Made by a program: the position numbers and the translations under genes. This document shows positions 52,124 through 59,023 of a stretch of DNA of 59,023 nt, one piece after another. Below the pieces are notes generated by a model. That model was not told where the DNA came from and made no database searches. It saw only the letters and a program-made list of their open reading frames with translations. This DNA comes from a bacterium (GTDB lineage Bacteria > DRYD01). Positions within the stretch are counted from its first letter, which is position 1. Each line of letters opens with the position of its first letter. The stretch is taken from positions 1 to 59,023 of the forward strand of contig JBCNVB010000012.1 in NCBI GenBank assembly GCA_039630415.1, written 5' to 3'.

Positions 52124-53001
52124 AAGTTTTTATAAACGGTACTTTATATGATAAGCATGAAGCTAAGATATCGGTATGGGATCACGGTTTTCTATACGGT
52201 GATGGTGTATTTGAAGGAATAAGAGTATACAATAATGCTATATTCAAACTTGATCCTCATCTAATAAGGTTGTATAGCTCAGCAAGAGTAATTCAGTTAA
52301 AAATCCCATATTCGTATGAAGAGATGAAGCAGCATGTAATAAATACAGTTAGAGTTAATCTGGAAGAACAAAAAATACAGGATGCATATATAAGACTAGT
52401 AGTTAGCAGAGGAGAAGGAGATCTGGGCCTAGATCCTAGAAAATGTAAATCACCTACTACGGTTATAATTGTTGATAAAATACAACTATATCCAAAAGAG
52501 TTCTATGAAAAAGGACTAAGATTAATATTTTCCTCTTTTCGAAGACCCTCAGCGGATATCTTATCACCAAGAATAAAATCACTAAATTACCTAAATAATA
52601 TACTCGCCAAAATGGAAGCAAACAATTCAAATGCTCAAGAAGCAATAATGTTAAATTCAAATGGATATGTTACTGAATGCACTGCAGACAATATTTTTAT
52701 AGTAAAAGATGGTATAGTAAAAACTCCCCCTCCATTCGTAGGTATACTAGAAGGTATAACAAGACAAAGTGTATTAGAAATGTGCCAAGAATTGAATATT
52801 CAAACAGAAGAATCAATCATTGATATCAAAGACCTATTGAATGCGGATGAAGTATTTATTACTGGTACTGGAGCTGAGATAGTACCTGTCAGAGAAATAA
52901 ATAATGTAGAATTCCCAATAGGAAAGATAACCCTAAAACTGATGAATTACTTTAGAGAATTCATTAAAAAGCATTCAACCCCAGTTTTTGCAAACGTATA
53001 A
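52120..53001 (+). CDS. ilvE: Branched-chain amino acid aminotransferase
   Basis: DHGFLYGDGVFEGIR, YIRLVVSRG, KSLNY, LEGITR, GTGAE. Confidence 0.93.
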   Translation: MKVFINGTLYDKHEAKISVWDHGFLYGDGVFEGIRVYNNAIFKLDPHLIRLYSSARVIQLKIPYSYEEMKQHVINTVRVNLEEQKIQDAYIRLVVSRGEGDLGLDPRKCKSPTTVIIVDKIQLYPKEFYEKGLRLIFSSFRRPSADILSPRIKSLNYLNNILAKMEANNSNAQEAIMLNSNGYVTECTADNIFIVKDGIVKTPPPFVGILEGITRQSVLEMCQELNIQTEESIIDIKDLLNADEVFITGTGAEIVPVREINNVEFPIGKITLKLMNYFREFIKKHSTPVFANV

Positions 53002-53022
53002 CTCTACTATAGGAGGTATATT

Positions 53023-53388
53023 ATGAATACTTCTCTAGGATTACAAGAAAATATTGCTGCAGCCTTGTCATACATACCTATAATTTGTATAGTCTTCTTG
53101 TTAATAGAAAGAGAAAACAATTTCGTAAGATTTCATGCAATACAATCAGCTCTTATTTTTTCGATTGCAATGGTGTTTATAGTAATTTCATCAGTTGTAT
53201 CTTGCTTTGCTAGTTTTATACCAGCAATAGGACAAATCCTTTCGTGTGTATGTACTCTTGCAATAATACCTTTCTCCATAGCATACTCTGTACTCATAAT
53301 ATTCCTTGCTATAAAAGCTTATCAACGAGAACATTTTAAACTACCTATAATAGGAGATTATGCTGAGAAAGTCGTATATAAACCATAG
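53023..53388 (+). CDS. DUF4870/Tic20-like membrane protein
   Basis: GLQENIAAALSY, FVRFHAIQS, KAYQ...KLPIIG. Confidence 0.85.
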   Translation: MNTSLGLQENIAAALSYIPIICIVFLLIERENNFVRFHAIQSALIFSIAMVFIVISSVVSCFASFIPAIGQILSCVCTLAIIPFSIAYSVLIIFLAIKAYQREHFKLPIIGDYAEKVVYKP

Positions 53389-53389
53389 A

Positions 53390-54964
53390 ATGCAATCTGG
53401 TATTATTATTTTGGATAGGTTTATAAGGATTGTTTTTACCGTTTTAATTCTTCTTATATTAATGCATATCTATGCCAATAGTACAGTAGATAGTATAAAG
53501 TTCCCTTCTAAAAAATTTGAAGGAAACTTTAAAGATGTTAGTCTAAAAAATTTGCTAAGCATTATAGTATCCGAAATTCCATATAACTTTGTCATAGATG
53601 TAAATCCAGAAACAAAAATATCAATAAGTTTCAAAAGATCAACTATAAAAGAAGCATTCAAATCTATAGTAACATATGGAAATCTAGAAGTTATCAAGAT
53701 AGATGATAGAACTTTTTTAATTATAGATAAAGAAAAAGCTAAGCAGTATATAAAGAGGGATCAATTTGTTGTAAGGCTAATCTACTGTCCAGCTGACTAT
53801 GTTAAAAATATACTCTACACTAGTTATAAGGATGTCAATTTTCTAGTTGACAACTTCTCTAATTCACTAATAATAGAATGCAGTTCTGATAAAGCTGATT
53901 ATATAACTAAACTGGTGAAACTTTTTGATACCCCAGAATCAGAACTAAAAACCAAAGTATTTAAACTTAGTAATGCTAAAGCTAAAGAAATACAAGGTAT
54001 ACTATCAAATTCAGTGTATGATTTCCAAAATCCAGTTATAAAACATCAGGTTAAAATCGATGCGGATGAAAGGACAAATAGTATAGTTGTTACTGCCCCA
54101 AAATATGTTCTTAATAACATACAGCAAATACTTTATGATATAGTAGATAAAAAACTACCACAAGTATTAATAGACATACAAGTTGTTGAAATAAACAGAG
54201 ACAGGATGAAAGATTTAGGTATATATCCTGGTGAAAATTCTAATATAACTGTATTGTTAGAAAGATCACCGACGCAGCAGCAACAACAACCTATTAATCC
54301 ACTTGATGCAGTAGTTTTTGTGCAATCTGATAAAATCGCATTCCCTGTTAGAACAGGTATTAATTTAAGAGTTTTAATGCTTGAGAAAAAAGGTGTAGCG
54401 AGAATATTAGCTAACCCTAAATTATTAGCTTCTGACGGAAAAGTAGCTAAGGTATTTCTTGGAGATAGAATCCCCTACTTGGCACCTCAATTAGTGCCTA
54501 TAGGTCAAACAACATCAATCCAACAGAATATCCTCTTTACTGACGTAGGAATAAATCTAGAGTTCCAACCAATGGTAACTAAGGATAAACATATAAATCT
54601 AAAAATAAATCCCAAACTGAGTTATTTAGTAAAACTCGACCCAGCACCATGGACAGCTACCAGAGAAGTATTAACCGAGCTAACAGTTAAATCAGAAGAC
54701 ACCATAGTAATTGCAGGATTAATCAGAGAAGAAGAAAGAAAAACTTATTTTAAAATACCATTAATAGGTGATATACCTATTATTGGTAGTTTATTTAGAG
54801 CGGAGAAAAAATCAATTCAGAATAGCGAAGTCGTATTTATCATAACTCCTAAAATTATCAACCTGGCTAATGATACCATTTCAAATCCAAATGAAAATCC
54901 TAAGAATGAAAACCCCAAGAATGAAAATGTTAATCAAGAGTCTTCTGAAAAGCAGTCACCTTAA
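53390..54964 (+). CDS. Secretin (PilQ/GspD family)
   Basis: N-domains (ADERTNSIVV), PQVLIDIQVVE, ILANP, DVGINL..P, IAGLI, KIPLIGDIPIIGSLF, IFIITP; start 53360 or 53390. Confidence 0.9.
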   Translation: MQSGIIILDRFIRIVFTVLILLILMHIYANSTVDSIKFPSKKFEGNFKDVSLKNLLSIIVSEIPYNFVIDVNPETKISISFKRSTIKEAFKSIVTYGNLEVIKIDDRTFLIIDKEKAKQYIKRDQFVVRLIYCPADYVKNILYTSYKDVNFLVDNFSNSLIIECSSDKADYITKLVKLFDTPESELKTKVFKLSNAKAKEIQGILSNSVYDFQNPVIKHQVKIDADERTNSIVVTAPKYVLNNIQQILYDIVDKKLPQVLIDIQVVEINRDRMKDLGIYPGENSNITVLLERSPTQQQQQPINPLDAVVFVQSDKIAFPVRTGINLRVLMLEKKGVARILANPKLLASDGKVAKVFLGDRIPYLAPQLVPIGQTTSIQQNILFTDVGINLEFQPMVTKDKHINLKINPKLSYLVKLDPAPWTATREVLTELTVKSEDTIVIAGLIREEERKTYFKIPLIGDIPIIGSLFRAEKKSIQNSEVVFIITPKIINLANDTISNPNENPKNENPKNENVNQESSEKQSP

Positions 54965-55563
54965 TACTCAGATTTCCTAAGAAAGTCAAATAATTTCCTG
55001 AATGCGATGTACCTATGGCTAATTGAGCATTTAAGAGACATGTCCATTTGGGCAAAAGTCATTCCCAAATCAGGATAGTAGAATATAGGATCAAATCCAA
55101 AACCATTTTCTCCCATAGGTTTTTCTGCTAGATATCCTTCAACGATCCCTTCAAAAGAAAAATATCTAGAAAAATCAAATAGTATAACTACAGTACAAAC
55201 ATATCTACATTTGGTATATGACTTATCTAAAGTACTAGCCATTTGGGAGATAGCAATATTTTTTTGGTGTTGGTTAAGACCAGGAAAGATTTTGCTTGTT
55301 TTGGTACCGGGGAACCCAAGTAAACATTCTATTTCTAATCCACTATCTTCTGCTATTACAGGCCTAAAAACTTGATGATATACATACTGCGCCTTTTTTA
55401 GTGCATTTTCGTAATAGGTATTGAAATTTTCAATATCCTCTGGTATATCTTTATCTATTTTTTTCAAATCCAACCTAAAATCTGGGTATTCCTGTTTGTA
55501 CTTATTGAGTATATGAATTATTTCTCTATATTTACTTTCGTTTTTTGTTGCTAGGTAAAACAT
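54961..55563 (-). CDS. rdgB: Non-canonical purine NTP pyrophosphatase (RdgB/HAM1)
   Basis: ATKNESK, ENA..KA, EDSGL, GFGFDPIF, K..ISHR. Confidence 0.92.
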   Translation of the reverse strand: MFYLATKNESKYREIIHILNKYKQEYPDFRLDLKKIDKDIPEDIENFNTYYENALKKAQYVYHQVFRPVIAEDSGLEIECLLGFPGTKTSKIFPGLNQHQKNIAISQMASTLDKSYTKCRYVCTVVILFDFSRYFSFEGIVEGYLAEKPMGENGFGFDPIFYYPDLGMTFAQMDMSLKCSISHRYIAFRKLFDFLRKSEY

Positions 55564-56381
55564 TGCTCAATATCCTCATGCATTTTTAGTTTTGGATTAT
55601 TTTCATCCAACTCGCTAAAATCCATGCTATCAAATACCTTACCATATTTGCCAAATATCAGGTAAATCAAACTTTTAGTAATAAATGGATTCAGTTGTAC
55701 GTATTCTCTGTAGATATTTTGTTTGAACATTTTTTCAATAAGGAAATTTACAAATAAATTGAAGCTTGTAATGTAAAAGAGATTAATTACTTCGCTTTGT
55801 TTATAATGGTTTATTTTGTGTATTAATACTTCCATAAATTTTTTGACACTTATGTAGGGGAATAGGAAGTTATCAGGAAAAACTGGTTTTATTCCTAGTT
55901 TCAAAATTCTATGGAAAATTTTAGTCCATAGACTATCTTGATTTAACACTATGCCAAGTCTAAATATAATGTGATCTCTGTTTTTAACTGTATTTTCCCA
56001 TCTTTCAAACTCTTTTCTTAAATACTGTGAATATATCCATACTGCTGAAGGTATTATAAATACAAATTTTTTTTTGACTATTGAAGATAATGTTTGAGTA
56101 AATCTTATTCTTGTATTCCAAATAAGGTAGTCTCTAAGAGGCTGAGGGAAAAGAAAAGCTTTAAAAATATTGTACCCTGCAAAGTTGATTATAAAGCCTT
56201 CACCCAGATTATTAGTTACCTTTTCTATTTCAGAATAGGGAAATATATTGAGGTCTTTATCCAAATTGTTTTTACTTGTGGTAAATATGTATATTTTGAA
56301 GCTATGTTGAATTTGATGTAGATAGGTGAGTAATTTCTGTGTTAAAAAGGAGTTTAGAGATAGTATGATTAGGTTAGTCAA
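55551..56381 (-). CDS. Degenerate NAD-dependent epimerase/SDR (TIGR01777-like)
   Basis: INFAG, WNTRIRFT, PSAVWIY, WE, FRLGIVL; likely TTG start at 56381 behind GAAGGAG. Confidence 0.55.
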   Translation of the reverse strand: MTNLIILSLNSFLTQKLLTYLHQIQHSFKIYIFTTSKNNLDKDLNIFPYSEIEKVTNNLGEGFIINFAGYNIFKAFLFPQPLRDYLIWNTRIRFTQTLSSIVKKKFVFIIPSAVWIYSQYLRKEFERWENTVKNRDHIIFRLGIVLNQDSLWTKIFHRILKLGIKPVFPDNFLFPYISVKKFMEVLIHKINHYKQSEVINLFYITSFNLFVNFLIEKMFKQNIYREYVQLNPFITKSLIYLIFGKYGKVFDSMDFSELDENNPKLKMHEDIEQCFT

Positions 56382-57702
56382 GTATGATTTCTCCTTCAAG
56401 TCCCCAAAGATAAGCATTAGATATTTTTACCTTATAGAATTGGCCCGATATATCTGACTTAGGTTTGTCAAAAACCACTATTTTGTTGGTTTCGGTTCTT
56501 CCTTCCCATTTATCTGGGTTTTTATCGGTTGGACCTTCCACCAATATTTCTACTGTTTTACCTATGTATTCTTTATTTTTCTCTTCGGTTATTTTATTTT
56601 GTTCTTCTATTAGCTTATAAAGTCTTTTCAGTCTTTCTCTATATGGGATGGAATTGGGATAAGTAGCTGCTTTAGTACCCTCTCTTTCACTATAAGCAAA
56701 CATAAAAGCTTGATCAAATCTAACTTTTCTAATTACTTCCAATGTATCGTTAAATTGTTCTTCAGTTTCGCCAGGAAAACCAACTATTATATCAGTTGAT
56801 ATTGAAATATACTTGTTTCTTGATCTAAATTGATTAACTATATCAAGGAATTGTTCTACCGTATATCTTCTTGCCATTTTTCTGAGAACTTCATTATTTC
56901 CGCTTTGCAATGGTAAGTGAATATGTTTTGCTATTTTAGGACTACTTGAAATAACTTCTATTTGCTTGGAATTGAAATTAGTTGGGTAAGGAGATGTAAA
57001 TCTTATCCATTTTATGTTTCTAACTATCTGAGTTGTTTCATATAAAAGGTCAGCAAAATCGTATTCAAATTTTTTATCTATTCCGTAGGCATTAACAGTT
57101 TGCCCAAGATATATTATTTCCTTGTAACCTTTTTCATCTAGTTGTTTAACTTCATTAAGAATTTCTTGTTTATCTCTAGACTGCATTTTTCCACGAGTGA
57201 AAGGAACTATACAAAATGTACAATAGTAATCACAACCGAACATTATGGGTATGTAAGCGGAGTATTTAGATAGCCTTCTTGGTGGTATATCTGGTTCTAC
57301 TCTACCGGTGAAATCTACATCTACTACTTTTTTTCTTGAGTACTTAATTTCTTGAAGTATTTGTGGTAAAGCAGAGATTCTATGGGTTCCTAGAACTATA
57401 TCTACATGATCTATTGAAGATATTTTGAGATAATCTTTTTGAGCAAGACAGCCTGCTACTATTACTATCATATCCTTTTTTTGATTTTTGATTCTTTTAA
57501 GAGCTCCGAGTCTACCATAGAATTTATTCTCAGCATTTTTTCTGACTGCACATGTATTAAATACTACTATGTCTGCGTCTTGCTCATTATCTACATTTTT
57601 TGCTCCTAGTTTTTCTAAAATAGATCCTATTAGTTCACTATCATATTCGTTGGCCTGACATCCATATGTTTTTATGTAATATTTATACCCTTGTAAGCTC
57701 AT
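56374..57702 (-). CDS. miaB: tRNA ms2i6A37 methylthiotransferase MiaB
   Basis: TYGCQAN, NTCAVRKNAE, GCDYYCTFCIVP, RFTSP, HLPLQSG, TDIIVGFPGET, TRAM domain. Confidence 0.95.
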   Translation of the reverse strand: MSLQGYKYYIKTYGCQANEYDSELIGSILEKLGAKNVDNEQDADIVVFNTCAVRKNAENKFYGRLGALKRIKNQKKDMIVIVAGCLAQKDYLKISSIDHVDIVLGTHRISALPQILQEIKYSRKKVVDVDFTGRVEPDIPPRRLSKYSAYIPIMFGCDYYCTFCIVPFTRGKMQSRDKQEILNEVKQLDEKGYKEIIYLGQTVNAYGIDKKFEYDFADLLYETTQIVRNIKWIRFTSPYPTNFNSKQIEVISSSPKIAKHIHLPLQSGNNEVLRKMARRYTVEQFLDIVNQFRSRNKYISISTDIIVGFPGETEEQFNDTLEVIRKVRFDQAFMFAYSEREGTKAATYPNSIPYRERLKRLYKLIEEQNKITEEKNKEYIGKTVEILVEGPTDKNPDKWEGRTETNKIVVFDKPKSDISGQFYKVKISNAYLWGLEGEIILD

Positions 57703-58057
57703 CAATATAATATTTTTATACTCTATATCATTTACCCTGTTTTATTAAACTTCATTTAACATCATATAAGAGACACATCTTATGATGAAAATTGTAGATC
57801 AGGGTAGCTACTATTTTTCACCTGAACTTGCAAACCTAGATAAATATCAAATCTATAGTGTAGTGGTTATACATAGCAAGAATCGGAATATATTATGGTA
57901 CAACAGTTATTCATTATTCATGAAACAGAGAAACTGTTTATAATTTACTTGAGTATCTTTCAATATTTAACAAAAGGAAAATCCCTTTTCTAAATTTAAC
58001 GAAGCATATAGTAGGATATTAAGAATTAGATTCACAACTTATATAGAGGGGGGGTAA

Positions 58058-58579
58058 ATGAGAGTATACTTTATTCAATTGTTAACTATAAGTATATTAT
58101 ATACAATAATTTTCATTTATTCTTGTAAATCAAAAGGTATCAAATTCTTTGGGTTCAACAATTTTTCTTATACACCTGCAATTGGAAAGGTTTCCAACAC
58201 TTTTGGAAATCCATTAGGCAGAGACATAGATTCAGATGGAGATAATGATTCTGCTGTTGTTCTTCATAATATCGCTGGCGGGAATGGAAATGATTATAGT
58301 GCTTCAATATATGTAGATCAAAACGGTAAAATCTATATCACTGGAATTAGTTGGAATGGTCCGAATTATGATCTAATAGTAACAAGACTAAACAGTGATG
58401 GTAGTTTAGATGCCACGTTTGATACTGATGGAAAGGTTGTTCTTCATAACATTGCTGGTGGGAATACAGATGATAGAGGTCATTCAATCTATGTAGATCA
58501 AAGCGGTAAAGTTTATGTTACTGGTTATAGCAATGGAAGTGGAACAAGTATTGGTCTTATAGTAGTGAAGATAGAATAA
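58058..58579 (+). CDS. Putative lipoprotein with two delta-60/SBBP-like beta-propeller repeats
   Basis: Lipobox-like IYSC after a hydrophobic stretch; two 60-aa-period repeats VLHNIAGGN..D...SIYVDQ.GK.Y.TG.S; RLNSDGSLDATF linker. Confidence 0.75.
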   Translation: MRVYFIQLLTISILYTIIFIYSCKSKGIKFFGFNNFSYTPAIGKVSNTFGNPLGRDIDSDGDNDSAVVLHNIAGGNGNDYSASIYVDQNGKIYITGISWNGPNYDLIVTRLNSDGSLDATFDTDGKVVLHNIAGGNTDDRGHSIYVDQSGKVYVTGYSNGSGTSIGLIVVKIE

Positions 58580-58581
58580 AG

Positions 58582-58785
58582 TATGCTGTTGGTTACGGCT
58601 TGAATAGAGCAGATTATAATTTAATATTTGATTCTGGGGCTACATTATTCTTCATAACATAGCTGGAGGTAACGGGATTGATAGAAACTATTCAATATAC
58701 GTAGATCAAACTGGTAAAGTTTATGTTACAGGATATAGTTGGGGAAATGGAACTTCCTGGGATCTAATAATTACAACCCTTAAAA
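58582..58785 (+). pseudogene. Frameshifted relic of further propeller repeats
   Basis: YAVGYGLNRADYNLIFDSG, a frameshift at GGGG 58636-58639, then GYIILHNIAGGNGIDRNYSIYVDQTGKVYVTGYSWGNGTSWDLII; the second frame has no ATG/GTG/TTG start. Confidence 0.75.
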
Positions 58786-58817
58786 TAACTCGATATTGTT
58801 TTCAAATCTCTGTACAC

Positions 58818-58911
58818 GTTTAAATTCTTCTTTGGCACATTTAAACTCTGCATCTTTACCTGCAGAAGCTAGACCCTGGGTAGTTTAAATTCCTCTTTGG
58901 CACATTTAAAC
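58818..58911 (-). CRISPR. Mini CRISPR array: two 29-bp repeats and one 36-bp spacer
   Basis: GTTTAAATTCTTCTTTGGCACATTTAAAC (58818-58846) and GTTTAAATTCCTCTTTGGCACATTTAAAC (58883-58911) differ by one base. The reverse complement ends GGAATTTAAAC, like the ATTGAAAC-ending type I/III repeats. Orientation is inferred. Confidence 0.75.
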
Positions 58912-58970
58912 CCGTGCTGCCTCAAACCTCTAGCTAGGATTTTTTACCCTCCATAACATATTCTATTAGT

Positions 58971-59023
58971 GTGAATAAAAAGCTTCCGATTGGTGTCAGC
59001 TCTTTTGAAAAAATCAGATCTGA
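58971..59023 (+). CDS. Start of an AAA-ATPase-like domain protein (PF09820 type, commonly fused to a PD-(D/E)XK nuclease); truncated by the window edge
   Basis: GTG start, MNKKLPIGVSSFEKIRS, matching the characteristic KKLPIGxxxFxxIR N-terminus; only 17 codons are visible. Confidence 0.65.
   Translation, partial: MNKKLPIGVSSFEKIRS

Noticed and set aside
54884-54930. 15-bp repeats encoding NPKNE in the secretin tail
   Set aside because: Short low-complexity coding repeat in a probably disordered tail; no sign of a separate function.
1549-56321. Antisense and nested ORFs in the track (e.g. 1549-2178, 23999-24613, 28946-29218, 47342-47611)
   Set aside because: They are shadows of well-supported genes on the other strand or frame, with no motifs or SDs.
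57960-58000. Possible tracrRNA/anti-repeat near the small AAAAGG/CCTTTT hairpin
   Set aside because: Similarity to the repeat is limited to short AT-rich words, and the repeat looks type I/III rather than type II.
58441-58785. DGR template/variable repeat pair (ORF 3' repeat versus the downstream non-coding copy)
   Set aside because: Mismatches are not confined to adenines in either direction (e.g. GGG/GGT, AAT/AAC, CAT/TAT), many are synonymous, and there is no reverse transcriptase gene in the window.
58798-58817. Possible third degenerate CRISPR repeat (GTTTTCAAATCTCTGTACAC)
   Set aside because: Weak similarity, and it abuts repeat 1 with no spacer.

Overview
AT-rich bacterial chromosome segment with densely packed, often overlapping genes. 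It is mostly housekeeping: ftsA-like (partial), ugd, infB, gcvH, secG, surE, coaD, divIVA, rpmH, ctpA-like protease, ispH, proS, nnr, rho, rpoZ, gmk, nuoAB, htrA, pilC-like, rel, phrB, hemW, gatA, hpt, ftsH, glgC, tal, ilvE, a secretin, rdgB and miaB, plus three minus-strand tRNAs (Asn, Cys, Lys). Conserved operons are strongly scrambled, leaving orphan hoxU, nuoAB, gcvH, gatA, rpmH and infB. The most unusual parts are: (i) a secreted protein at 34595-35572 whose C-terminal half resembles the Ca-dependent self-processing module of FrpC, but with Ser-Pro instead of the scissile Asp-Pro and no RTX repeats, followed by a GC hairpin and a second secreted gene; (ii) an accessory right end (57706-59023) with a two-repeat beta-propeller-type lipoprotein, a frameshifted relic of more repeats, a single-spacer CRISPR mini-array with no cas genes in view, and the start of an AAA-ATPase-like gene; (iii) tRNAs embedded in a long co-oriented block, each directly followed by an ORF without a clear Shine-Dalgarno (SD) sequence. 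All calls come from manual motif recognition; no searches were run.
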